Source: Eledone cirrhosa
Lineage: Eukaryota
DNA: 64,000 nt
Direction: 5' to 3'
Assembly: GCA_964016885.1 (NCBI GenBank)
Contig: OZ024744.1
Coordinates: 83,204,001-83,268,000, forward strand
In this document: positions 26,180 to 40,515 of the stretch, piece by piece
Layout: each line of letters starts with the position of its first letter
Numbering within the stretch: the stretch's first letter is position 1
Translations under genes and position numbers: made by a program
The notes under the pieces: model-generated
The model's database searches: none
Seen by the model: only the letters and a program-made list of their open reading frames with translations
What the model was told of the DNA's origin: nothing

Positions 26180-27420
26180 ATTTGCCGAGGAGTTACACAG
26201 CTGGCAAAATTTCGTCCTATTGACGTAGGGGTGGATCTTTCTAGTATCCTCCATTTAATTGGGAGCGCTGTGCCGTTATCTTTGAGTTTCCACACATGGT
26301 TCGCGGGCACAGTGGTATCTTTATTTTTGTTAGTACGTCTAAAGGTTGTTTCGTGGTTCAAGAAACCACTTTTGAACCGGCTCTCAGACATTCCTACATA
26401 AGTACAAGTTTCAATATGGTGGACGTCATTTCTGCTTCATATATCATCGCGTGAGTGTTGCACTAATGGTCCTGGGGGTATGTCACTTGCCCTCTGCCTG
26501 AGCATCGGTAAGGTGGAAGGCTTTTGTTGGTGACGTGGGATTTTGTTCTTGGTACATGAATGACCAATTTTCACTGTGTGGTGGTTGAATATTTGCTGGT
26601 ATTTATGGGCTACAGGATGAATGCTAGAAATGTTTACCTACATTTGTCCTCATGTTGAGTGGGAATGTTAGCGCGAATCACACGACAGCTTTATATCTAG
26701 ATTTCTTTTCTTGTTTATATAGGGTGGTGATCGGAGAAGCCGCTGTTGCTTAGGGCTGAGTTTTAGTAGGAGGCTGACCTGTCAAAATTGGCTCTGCTAG
26801 AAGAGAGCCTCTTGTGGATATTATTAAAATTTAAAAAAAACTATTGCAGGGCGGTGACTAGAGTCCTTACGAATATACCCAAGGTTTTCACTGGGTTTGT
26901 GGAATGGTTTGTATGTTCGTGTAAGTAGGTCTAAGTTAACTTCTAGAAGGTTAACACCGCTGAGGTTGTTAGAGACGGTAATTTTTTTTTATTAGTGAAG
27001 TCATCCTTATGATCTTTAAGTGTAATATAATCCTTTCTATTAGACAAACGTTCTAACGTGTAGTCTATTTTGCGGTTGGTAGCTATATCCTTCGCCTCAT
27101 CGCTGGTGGCATATTAAGTGGCAGGGTCAGTTTTTCGTTTGTATTTAGACTGTATGAGCTTGTTTAGAAATTGGATATAGATGGAGTGATCAAGCTCATA
27201 AAGATTGTTAGTTGTATCTGATAGGACGAAGATTTTGTCAGAGGATCTGAAGATTTTACGTCTCTAAGTGTTTACTGAAAGGAGTTGGAGTATTTGCGAA
27301 AAGATATGTTAGCAACTGGATTAAGGAGATGCGCTTCAAAAGGAGCAAGGTCATTTACATTAGGTGGGTAATTTCTAGATTTCAAGTTGAAAATATTGGC
27401 TGAACTTGATAATTTCCTGT
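26180..27420 (-). pseudogene. Degenerate Penelope-like element (RT pieces + GIY-YIG), apparently internally deleted
   Basis: RFKSGFLNHETTF...NHVWKLKD...IKWRILE (endonuclease); VNLLEVNLDL..RTYKPFHKP...DSSH (RT C-terminus); YITLKDHKDDF (RT N-terminus); many stops. Confidence 0.75.
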
Positions 27421-27539
27421 CCAAGTCCAGCCCCTACATCTCAATTGTTTGACCAAATTGTTTGAAAGAAAAACTTAGAATAAGTCCTGTTAGATGGGGT
27501 CAAAGAAGATATATATATCTTTTTCTTCTTAGCAACGAA

Positions 27540-27790
27540 CTTCCTCCGCCTCACATTTTGTTCCAGCATCACAATCTTGATTTCCTGGAGTAGTCCAGGC
27601 CAGTGTCTTTGATCAGGTTGGCGATGTAAGTGTATCGGGGTTTTCCGCTCCTTACAACTCCATGAAATAGGTTCCAAAGGATAAACTTGGATGCTTCCCG
27701 TTCAGGGTGTCAAACACAAGGAACAGATATTCTGAGGAGTCTTTATCTGATTTTTTAGTTGACTTTTGGCAGATCTCCACAAAGGCATTT
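27540..27790 (-). pseudogene. Degenerate RTE/RTEX-type 3' fragment
   Basis: GDLPKV...HPEREASKFILW...GKPRYTYIANLIKDTGL, similar to 23771-24030. Confidence 0.6.
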
Positions 27791-27874
27791 AGTTGTTATA
27801 TATATATTGTTATATATATATATTGTTATATATGGTTGGTTGGTTGGTTGGTTCCACAACCAGATGATTCCTAA

Positions 27875-28021
27875 ATTTATAAATTTATTATAATAAATTA
27901 AAGTGAAAGCAACTGGTGCGTGTGTTTCTTATTGGCAACATGACCATCCCAAAGTATAACAATATCGGTTTCAACACACGTTTTCAGATAAAGAATCTTG
28001 CTAAACAAATTCAGAAACGAA
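27875..28021 (+). mobile_element. Short TA-anchored element, family J
   Basis: 27930-28020 is the reverse complement of 63032-63123; both end at (TA)n. Confidence 0.65.
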
Positions 28022-28191
28022 ATATATATATATATATATATGTGTAAACAAACATCTGTCTCATTCTGACGTCACCAGCCCTGTTTTTCCACATGTGCGT
28101 TTATTTTAATAACCACGCATGATGTTAAACTAGCCTGCTTTTAAATTCCCGTTTTGGCATATTACCAGTGAGACCTTGGTTACCATGTTGA

Positions 28192-28273
28192 GCTCTGCTG
28201 ATGAACGAAATCCAACCGTGACTATCCCCACTGAAAGTTTTCGTGAAATAGTCTTTTCAAGACTATACAGAGC
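28192..28273 (+). ncRNA. Complete type I hammerhead ribozyme
   Basis: Stem I GCTCTG/CAGAGC; CTGATGA; stem II ACGAAA/TTTCGT; GAAA; helix III TAGTC/GACTA; predicted cleavage after ATA at 28267. Confidence 0.88.
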
Positions 28274-28522
28274 ATTTGAAGTTGTCCCAAATTGAAGGTT
28301 GAGTACTTTAGACTTTGTTTTATCATGAGTTAAGGCTCTATTGATTTTCCCCTGGATTTCTCTAAATTCTGTTGGATAAATCTATATCCTGATTCCTTTT
28401 GAATTGAGTCTGAATTATTTTTCCCATATCTTATATTAAATATTTTCCCATTCTGACGCTATAGTCACATATATGTTATGGAATACTGTTAGCTTCTCGC
28501 TACAACAATTTCTATACTTTTC

Positions 28523-28564
<42 letters not shown>

Positions 28565-28678
28565 GTTTGTATATGTATAATAAAGCCAAAACAATGCAGG
28601 TATGGACATAGAATAAAGAATGCAAATGCAAAAGATATTGTTGACAATTAGTCTTTTACCTTAGATTTATTTAAATGT

Positions 28679-28713
28679 CCTTAATTTTCGAGATAATATC
28701 TCTTCTTCAGAGG
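28679..28713 (-). ncRNA. Minimal hammerhead ribozyme in the PLE 3' region
   Basis: Minus strand CCT-CTGAAGA-A-GAGA-tatta-TCTC-GAAA-AT-TA-AGG. Confidence 0.65.
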
Positions 28714-29120
28714 GAAGTAAAGCTCTCAAACCAGTGTTCTAAATAGCTTGCCAAGTCATGCTGACAGGAAATGGTATAGAGTATCTGTTCTATCTCTAAT
28801 GTCAAAGAGTTAAAATTAGGTGGATAAAGAGTAGTCTCCCTTTAAAAGAGGTTTGTTTTTGTTTTTTTTTGTTTTTTTTATACATGCCTGTTTAAGTGTG
28901 TGGGAGAATGCATGAAGGTGTAAGTATGCGAGTGTGTGTGAGTGTGAGAAGATATGTCTATTCGTAAATGTGGGGGATAGGTGTTAACTGGTGTTAGAAC
29001 TGGTTTTGTGTGTGTATGTGTGAGAGAGAATAAGTGGAGGTGTAAGCGTGTGTGTGTGTGTGCGTGCGTGCGTGCGTTTGTGTGCGTGGGGTGTGTGTAA
29101 AAATGGAGCTAGAAGCTCTA

Positions 29121-30797
29121 TCAGGTTATAAATTGGGTGTTGAGTTCTAGTCTATTATTGATTGGTGTTTGTGTTTTATCTATAATTAGTGCTTCCTTAA
29201 TTCTAAGATTGCCGAGGTTTCTTTCCTTAGTTTCTATCCTAACTGTTATGGTTTTGTCGATGTTTTTGCATTTAACTAGGTGTTTCTTAAATGAGGAAGC
29301 GTTAGTATTGAGGTGTTCTTTTATTCTTATGTGGAGTAGTCTGGTGGTGCTACCTACGTAGAAGTTGTTGCATTTGTCACACTCTAGACTGTATACGACG
29401 TAAGCCTGGTGGCATAGGTCTGTGTCGTTGATGGGGCAGTTGGCTAGTCTGCAACAGTTGTCATATCTGGTGGAGTGTCTTTTGGTTAGCTGTCCGCGCA
29501 GAGAAGGACCTGAGTGGGCCAGTTGGATATCTAGGCCCTCTCGTCTGATAGCTCTGCGGATGGCTGTTGTTGTTTCTTCACTGAAGTGTGGGAGCTTCAG
29601 GAGGCAAGTGTTAGTGCCTCGGGTGTGGTGTCCTCTGTTCTTTCTGGCACGGTTTGTGGTGGATGTTGTGTATCCGTTCAGTTTGAGTACTTCCAGGAAA
29701 TGTGTGGTGTGTGTGTCTCGGTATCTAGCGTCGGTGCATTTGTTCCGGATACGTGCCAATTCGTTCCTTATGTATCCGAACTTGGCACCGAGTGGGAGGG
29801 CCGATCTGAAATGTACGAACAGGTCCCTGCTGGCGGCTTTTTTATAGAAGCAGGTGTGGATGTTGCCTTCCTCTGTTACCCTGAGTTGGAAGTCCAGTAG
29901 GGATAGGGATCCGCCATCATCGGGGTGTTCCATGCTGAACTTTATACTGGCGTCCATGCTGGAGAATGTTGTGTATATTTTATCTGCCTCCTCACGGGAT
30001 CATGTAAGGATGAGTATGTCATCTACATATCGGGTGAAGAAGGTATGGGAATGGCAGGTGTTGAGGGCTCGACATTCTAGCTGGTTCATGTAGGTGATGG
30101 CCAGCAGGCCCGATAGGCTTGATCCCATGGGTAATCCTGTTGTCTGCCTGTATGTGTGGTGGTCGAAGGTGAAGTACGTGCTGTCTACTGTGAAGGACAA
30201 AAGCTGGTGTATGTCCGTCGGGTGGAGGCCGTAGCAGTGGATGTCCTCTGCGACCACGCAGTCAGTCAATAAATCGACAGCTGGGTGAGCTGGGACTGTA
30301 GTGTAGAGGGAGACAACGTCGAGGCTAAAGGTGTATTTATTTAGTTTAAGTTGTTCTGGCTGGAGTTGGTGTAGTCTACGTATAACTTTGTCGGAGCTAC
30401 TGACATGCACGGGAAAGGTGGAGAGTAGAGGCTTAAGGACCTGGGAGAGGAGCCAGGAAATTTTGTATAGGGGTCCTTCTATGCTAGAGACGATGGGTCT
30501 TATTTGCGTCTTAGTACTATTCTTGTGGGTCTTGGTGAGGTGGTAGAAAGTGGGCAGTCTGCTATTTCTAGTGGTGTAGTTGAGCTTAACTTTATTTGGG
30601 AGTTGTCTTCTCCTACAGATATCGAACCAGATGGAGTTGGTCTGTTTTTCGATCTGGGCTGCAGTCATGTTCGGGATCTCTGTGTATAATTATTCATTGT
30701 CACTTAGGTGTTCAAAGGCTAGGTTGTTGTATGTGGCTTGAGAGATGACGCAAAACTCTTTACCTTTGTCGGATGGTAAGTATATAAGTTCCCTATT
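29121..30797 (-). pseudogene. PLE reverse transcriptase + GIY-YIG endonuclease, one frame with two premature stops
   Basis: LPSDKG, IRPIVS, SLDVVSLYT, GLPMGSSLS, RYVDD, Cys-rich linker CCRLANCP...LC, VVYSLECDKC..YVGST..RIKEH; TAA at 30690-30692 and TGA at 30000-30002. Confidence 0.92.
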
Positions 30798-30902
30798 CTT
30801 TATTCTTTATTCTATGTCCATACCTGCATTGTTTTGGCTTTATTATACATATACAAACATTTATACCTCATCACACAATGCTTCAAGTGTACTATAACCT
30901 CC

Positions 30903-31086
<184 letters not shown>

Positions 31087-31097
31087 CTAAATATAAA

Positions 31098-31503
31098 TGG
31101 GAGAGATGACCCCTTAGCCTTTGTCAAGGCAGAATTCTAGGAGAAAGAAAACTCTGATATAACACCTGCAACCCTGATGGTATCCAATGGTGTTGACTTG
31201 TTCTTCTTTTTGGTAAATATCATCTTGGTTAAGAGAGTGGGACTGGCTTTGTGCAGTGCCTTTGCTCACTATAAAAGCTTCACGGTATTGCTTTGCATCT
31301 GGAGATCTCTCTGCACTTGTCGTCACATGGTACCATGGGCCTAGCACTATGTGTCAATAATTGTCACAAGTAAAGTGTTTGTACCAGAGTTTTAAAGTCC
31401 CTGGCTGGACTAAAAAGTCACACTCGTTCAGCGCATCGGTAGGGGTTCTCCTATATGGATATAAAGTAGTGGCCGTACTCGAAAACGAGTTGGCAGCCAC
31501 CAT
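31098..31503 (+). mobile_element. Non-autonomous, internally deleted RTE-like element
   Basis: RTE-like 5' motif CTAGGAGAAAGAAAACTCTGA joined to a zinc-finger-like end [21 protein letters not shown]; related to 17478 and 45322. Confidence 0.5.
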
Positions 31504-31549
31504 ATAAATATAAACATATATATATACACACACATATATATGTATACAT

Positions 31550-31642
<93 letters not shown>

Positions 31643-31965
31643 TACATATACACACACACATATATATATACATATATATATACATATACATAAACACACA
31701 CATATATATATATATATGTATACACACACACGCACACACGCGATATATATATAGAATAGAAAACGAAAAATCAGTGATGCATCTGAACTCAATTTATTGT
31801 GTGTTACAATTGTTTATCCGGCGGACAGCTCGAGACGCGATCATTGTGTGGGTCTGTCTGATTCTGGACCCGCAGGTTCGACGGACACGTTTAATGATTT
31901 CGGAGCATTCTCTCACTTATACCGCCTATGGAAGCATCTTAGCTGCCATCAGAAACACACACACA

Positions 31966-32054
<89 letters not shown>

Positions 32055-32241
32055 CTTGTTTCTCTCCCACGGTATGCTATATTTTCTGTTGTTCTCCTGT
32101 CTCACTCGCTTTACGCGTTTTAATTGTCCTAATAACTTATTTTGGTTATTATTGCACCGAAGTGAGATATATGATTTTTAATGCAATGAAATATCTATGA
32201 TCTTCGGCAAATCACTGATGAGGGACGTATTTTATTACATG

Positions 32242-32302
<61 letters not shown>

Positions 32303-32555
32303 TTAGAGAAGCAAAAAATTGCTTATTGTAATCCAGTTTTTGAAAATTTGGACTGTGAACAACAATTATAATTGAGTGGCTGCTATTTGCAGTACAGCAA
32401 TATAAGGTTGCACTTACCAATGAAACGGTCGTAAATACCTGGATTAAATCCTTCTCTTAATGTTTACCTGTGTTTTCTCTTTTACATATATAATATATAT
32501 ATATATAAATGAAAGGTATAGAAATTGTTTTAGCGAGAAGCTAACAGTATTCCAT

Positions 32556-32592
<37 letters not shown>

Positions 32593-32719
32593 TATATATG
32601 CATATATATATATATAAATATCTATATATATCTATATATATATATATATATATATACAGTATATATGACCCCACACACATATATCTATATATCTATCTAT
32701 ATATATACAGTATATATAT

Positions 32720-32765
<46 letters not shown>

Positions 32766-33039
32766 ATATATATATGTATGTGTATAGTGTTTACAGAAAT
32801 AAATAATTGAAGGGATTCAACCTGTCCGGCCTCCTTTCATTTTACTCTATAATTTAATAGTTAACTCCGTTCGTGCACCACAAGCAGGATTGAAAATCAA
32901 AGATGGATGAGTTGCATAACGTCGAGTGCTTTCCTACTATTATATCACATTTAACATTGCAGAATGACCAATTATGCCCAGTGCTGAATCACCAAATTTA
33001 AACGTATATATATATATATATTGTATATATTGTATATAT

Positions 33040-33224
33040 AATTGTTTCTACTTTAGGCACATACCAGCAATTATCCAGTGCATTACTGGTACTTTATTTT
33101 ATCGATGAAAGGATGAAAGGCAAAGTCAACCTCGGCGGGATTTGAAGTCAGATCGTAAAGGGACGTAACTATGCTGGAAAACATGCCGTCCGACCCTCTA
33201 CCGATACTGCCAATCCACCGCCCT
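33040..33224 (-). mobile_element. SINE family S1
   Basis: S1 sequence, reverse strand. Confidence 0.85.
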
Positions 33225-33607
33225 TTGAATATATTGTATATATAATCATTGTTATTATTATTATTTGAAATTATATTATGAGATTACCGATTTGAAACTG
33301 AATTTTATGAAAAGATTGCCAGATCTGCGCAATAAGAAATATTTTTTTTACATTTGCAATGTATTTATTTTTGTAAAGAAAATACGTGCATAAATAAATA
33401 AATACATACTCACATACATACGTTCGTACACACACACATGCAGACACAGACAAACACACTCGCACACACACACATACATCTATCTATCTCTCTATATATA
33501 TATGTATAAAAAAGCATATATATATATTCATATAAATGCTAATAAATATATAGACATATATCTCTCTATCTCTCTCTCTTTTCTCTGTATATATATATAT
33601 ATAAAAC

Positions 33608-34580
33608 AACTAGAAATTAATTAACATATAAATAAACATGAATAATCACAGGAGATAATTTTTACAAGTGTGTAAGCACACATAGCTAGGTAAGTAACTA
33701 AATAAAGTTAACTAGAACTTCAAAAATAGATACCTTATAATATGATTAATCTTCCCTGTGTATATTCCATTAAAGAAATATATTTCACCAATTAATCGAA
33801 TGGTAAACGGCGGATGCCGGTACTTGGATTTTCAACAAGGAAGAAGTCCAGCCATCTATGTTTAAGCATTAAGTTCAAATCAGCGACTGGCCAGTAACAC
33901 GTGCTGTATCTACTATATTTGCGGGTGATATGGCGCATGCCTTTCTGGCATGACACCCATAATTTTGATTTAGATTAATTTCATATTGATTTATCTTAAT
34001 TTTGGATATAGATATATAAATATGGCTCCTTAATTGTAGAGCTAACTCTGTTGAAAGGACTTGACTGCTGTTTCTAGTTGTCGATAACCCTATTCACGCC
34101 GCTGGGACGAAGCTGGTATGATGTGTGTATTTCTAGTAGATACAGCACGTGTTACTGGCCAGTCGCTGATTTGAACTTAATGCGTAAACATAGATCGCTG
34201 GACTTCTTCGTTGTTGAAAATCCAAGTACCGGCATCCGCCGTTTACCATTCGATTAACTGGTGAAATATATTTCTTTAATCGAATATATACAGGGGAGAT
34301 TAATCATATTATAAGGTATCTATTTTTGAAGTTCTAGTTAACTTTATTTAGTTACTTACCTAGCTATGTGTGCTTACACACTTGTAAAAATTTATCTCCT
34401 GTGATTATTCATATGTTTATTTATATGTTAATCAATTTCTAGTTATAAAATGCTCGGACCTATTCATTAGAATATTGGAGCTTATTTTGCGGGTGATATG
34501 GCGCGTGCCTTTCTGGCATGACACCCATAATTTTGATTTAGATTAAATTCATTTTGATTTATCTTAATTTTGTATGTATA
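33608..34580 (+). mobile_element. Large fold-back and terminally redundant element, family F
   Basis: ~308-bp inverted arms 33608-33915 and 34134-34444; direct repeat 33918-34010 / 34486-34580; TA flanks. Confidence 0.85.
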
Positions 34581-35280
34581 AATAAATATATATATATATA
34601 TATACACCACCCCACTCTCAAGAGCGTGAAATTAATAAACATTCGTTGTACTACCTCTCTGTTTTGTTCCTGTTAAAATTTTCCATTATATCTAGTCAAC
34701 TGCTACACATTTCAATTAAGTGCACATTAGGACGAAACAAAATTGGTAGAGACAAAGACAGACCAAGTTTTGTCTTGCGATAGATTAGACAAATATAGAT
34801 GAAAAAGTATCCCAAGTGCGTCGACTAAGGAGGGACCGAATGATGCGCGATGGCTTTGCCAAGGGTGAAAAAATATAGAAAGGAGAGAAATATAAAACTT
34901 ACCTGACTTTGTCTCTACGGAGAGGTGGGAAGGGCCAGAGAGATGGAGGCGATGACAGTGGGGGTTCGGCTGTTCTTTCATGTTTGCTTAGGTTACAATT
35001 GCATTGTGATAGAAGTTGTGATAACTGTCATAACAGTAAACACAGCCAACACTCTGTTTTCCCTCTACCTGCATCTCCTATAAACCCACTGATTCTCAAT
35101 CTTACCTCGTCTTCACCTCCTCCTATCCCACCCACAATAATTTCTCCATACCCTACTCGCAATTCCTTCGTCTTCGTCGGAGGCTCTGTAGCCAGAACCA
35201 CGATTTTGAAAATGAGTCCCAACACATGGCCTCCCGTTTTGCTACGTTCCAATATACACTGGAATGATCGGTATCAACAT

Positions 35281-35497
35281 TGGACATGCTCACCGACATC
35301 CAGAGTTGACATTTCACTCAGTGCTCCTGTGGGAGCCCTTACATGGACACAGTGGAAGAGGAAGACTAAGGTTAACGTATGTTGATGCCCTAAAGACAGA
35401 CACTGGTCTGTTGAAGACGCAAGACATGGCAGCGATAATGAGGGACAGAGACCGCTGGAGAGAACTCGGCAATGGATCTCGGGAATTTTACCCGCCC
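35281..35497 (+). pseudogene. RTE/RTEX 3' fragment, same family as 23771-24192
   Basis: GHAHRHPELTFHSVLLWEP...DRDRWREL; ends CCGCCC then a TA tract. Confidence 0.85.
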
Positions 35498-35534
35498 TAG
35501 AATATATATATATATATATATACATATATATATA

Positions 35535-36125
<591 letters not shown>

Positions 36126-36132
36126 CCCCCCC

Positions 36133-36284
36133 CCCAGTACATTTGATAAAAGGCGGATGAATGTGGCGAGAATGGCCCGAGTGAATGGGCCTACTCTGAC
36201 CATGCGCCTATAGGCTAGCTAACTTGAGGAGAGCGGTGCTCTCCCTGGGTGCCCTACTGTACCGTTTGTTTTGTTATTTTTATT

Positions 36285-36286
<2 letters not shown>
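36133..36286 (+). mobile_element. 3' end of a sibling Tx1-like LINE, followed by (CA)n
   Basis: Translates PSTFDKRRMNVARMARVNGPTLTMRL* (36133-36213), homologous to the ORF2 end PSRFYERWVKVARMARVNGPSLYISL; short 3' UTR then (AC)n. Confidence 0.8.
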
Positions 36287-36378
<92 letters not shown>

Positions 36379-36766
36379 CACACACACATGTATATGTATA
36401 TATTATATATATATATGGTAGATGGGCGTGTATGCATATATTTGTAGAAATAAATTAATTCTACAGAACTAGAACTGTCTCATTCATTCGAAATCATCAG
36501 GAAGCTGCTGCTGAATTTATACCAATGAAGCAGTTGTCTTACCGTAGGAGTAATTTCTATATGAAATTAATATGCTTCGTCTCTACTAATATACTGAGTG
36601 TTTTGTTTCACTTTTTTCTTCCCTATATACATCGAAAACCATCCGTAAGTACACACAAAAATACACATTCAGACTGAAACACACGCATACACACAAACAC
36701 ACACATTGCTTCACAGACATATACAGTCACCACACATACATACACACAAACATATATATATATATA

Positions 36767-36829
<63 letters not shown>

Positions 36830-36943
36830 TTGAGTAGAAGGGTGGATCTGCTTGTTTGTCAGCCGATCGCATAGAATTTGAATTTAGAAAACTGTGGTAA
36901 AGTATGTCACAATATAAGCATACAGAGATACACATACTTATGC

Positions 36944-37137
<194 letters not shown>

Positions 37138-37211
37138 ATATATATATGTATATATATGTATGTATATATATATTTATTATATATATATATATATGTATGT
37201 ATATACATATA

Positions 37212-37346
<135 letters not shown>

Positions 37347-37600
37347 TATACACATTGGATGAGGAAGAATGAGTAGTGAGAGAGAAATAGTATACAGACA
37401 TGAATTTTATAAACTGTCACTTTTATGTGATTAAATATGGTAAAAATAAATTTTTGACTGGTAGTATACAATAAAAAAAAAATTGTTACACATTCCTTAT
37501 ATACTAGATGGACATACAAATTAATGAATTGGTTCTATTTTTATCTCATATATGACTATCCGTATGTCTTATGTTAAATATATGCATGTATGTTTGTATG

Positions 37601-37796
<196 letters not shown>

Positions 37797-37981
37797 AATG
37801 TATGTATGTATCTATGTATATATATATTTATATATATAATATATATATTCATATATATTATATATAAATGTATGTATCTATGTATATATATATATATATT
37901 GATATATATATATAATATATATAAAATTGAAAATATCATAGGAATGAAGATTGCTCTATGTAAGTACCAGAGCAAAATTTA

Positions 37982-38041
<60 letters not shown>

Positions 38042-38091
38042 CATATATATTCATTTATATATATATATATATATATATAACATATATATTC

Positions 38092-38132
<41 letters not shown>

Positions 38133-38145
38133 ATATATTCATTTT

Positions 38146-38181
<36 letters not shown>

Positions 38182-38209
38182 TATATTTATATTTGCATGT
38201 GTATATATG

Positions 38210-38299
<90 letters not shown>

Positions 38300-39456
38300 C
38301 ATATAAATAAATGTGCAGGTCTGTGGTGTATATGCATATATGTATCTATTCACGTAGACAACGAAGCGTGTGCGCATAACCGCACCTGCACCGTGTCGTA
38401 TTTGTGACAGTATTGTATTAGCTCAATGTAAAAAAGAAATCAAAGAACGCCTACATCTTCATAAATTTTTATTTGCTGACAATGTTTCATCCATACCATG
38501 GGGCAGGAATCATCAGAGCTTTATAAACAAAAACATAGTGCTGAGTAGAAGCTGTACTAAGCTTAGTCACACGAACATTAGATATACAGTACAGGATAAT
38601 AAGAGGGATATTGGAAATGGGAAGGATGGAGAGAATTCGTAATGGGGTTGTTATTCAACATTACAGCTACATATGAGGATATAGGCAGATTTTCATGCGG
38701 AGGCACATGAGGGCACACAGAAACAAATAAAGCATTTAACGATATTTAAAAAATATAATAATTATAAAGTAAAATAGAAATAAAAATATAAAAAGATAAA
38801 TAATTAAAAAAATAATTAAAAAATTAAAGCACACAAAAGCCAGAGGAAGTTATGCATTGGTCACTATATAGAACAGGTGATTTAGTTTCACATAACTTAG
38901 AGTTATAAAAATACTGAGACACCCCTAAAGCACCTTCAGAAAGTCCAAGGGGATTTTATTCCTCCCCATAGTATACATAATCAGGGTATACCAGTAGGTT
39001 ACGGAACTAAGTAGACCAGGGGTGCTAAACCTGCACATAGACAGGCACCACATCAATACAAGCCAAACACAGACAAAGCGGGGTTAATGCATGATCAAGC
39101 TGAAGCGAACAATACACAACAAATATGGTTTAGTCCCTGTATAAGGCACATCTGGCGAGGAATCACAACATATGTATATCCACCGTAGAAGTTAATCCAA
39201 TCTGTTTCATATATATATACATATCTTCCTGCTATATCAAGCGTTAAACTAATATATCCCTTCCCTATACTGTACTGATTGTGTTGTTATTTCTGTTTAC
39301 CTTTTACATACATACATATTCTTGTATATGTATCTCTCTCTAACTGTATATATATATATATATAAATATACATTTAGCGAGAATCGCATTTCCGCGGGTA
39401 GAAATTAGCGAAACGCAACTTCGGTTTTGTATATAACACGTATATATATGTGTATG

Positions 39457-39620
<164 letters not shown>

Positions 39621-39632
39621 CACACACACACA

Positions 39633-39684
<52 letters not shown>

Positions 39685-39734
39685 CTTTCCCTGAGTTGAG
39701 TCTTTTTCGTTGCAATGGCAATGCGGCTGGACTG

Positions 39735-39891
<157 letters not shown>

Positions 39892-39997
39892 GTATGTATG
39901 CGTTTATATATATATATACACATATATATACGTGCGTATGTGTCTATATATAAATATCTATATACATACATACATACATGTATATATATATATATAT

Positions 39998-40189
39998 ATT
40001 TTAGTACAGCATTAACGAAGCTTTGGGCTGCGGCTAAGCTAACGAATTCGGAATATAGCTTTAGCACTCGATGGAGAATAATACCCCAGAGTAATAACAA
40101 TACGTTTAGACAGCTTTGTAAATCAAATATAGCGATCGGCAGTCCAGCCGCATTGCCATAGTAACGAAAAAGACTGAACTCAGGGAAAG

Positions 40190-40193
<4 letters not shown>
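39998..40193 (+). repeat. Dispersed TA-embedded repeat, family E (class unknown)
   Basis: Matches 20856-20918 directly, and 39681-39735 and 48238-48420 in reverse. Confidence 0.65.
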
Positions 40194-40274
<81 letters not shown>

Positions 40275-40307
40275 CTAGTGTGTAGGTGTAGAGCTAGACA
40301 GAGTGTA

Positions 40308-40515
40308 GTATAGTGAAATAAGCTAACAAGGACGAGTGGTTACTCCTTCATTACGTTTATTGTTTGGTGACAAGGGGTCTGACGAGCCGCGGATTAGAGA
40401 GTCGGGTCAGATCGATGCAGATCGAACCTTGAGCTGATCAGTGGCGAAACGCGCGTCACCAACCAATAAATGTAATGGAGTAACCAATCGTCCTTGTTAT
40501 CTTACTTCACTTTAT
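40308..40515 (+). mobile_element. Family R element with inverted termini and HHR
   Basis: 40308-40371 mirrors 40455-40515; GGT-CTGACGA-GCCGC...GTGGC-GAAAC-GCGC-GTC-ACC at 40376-40460. Confidence 0.75.

Noticed and set aside
30000-30002. In-frame TGA in the PLE RT as possible selenocysteine (reported for some Naiad PLEs)
   Set aside because: The same frame also has a TAA at 30690-30692, the position is not an evident Cys site, and I see no SECIS element. A nonsense mutation is simpler; the family consensus would settle it.
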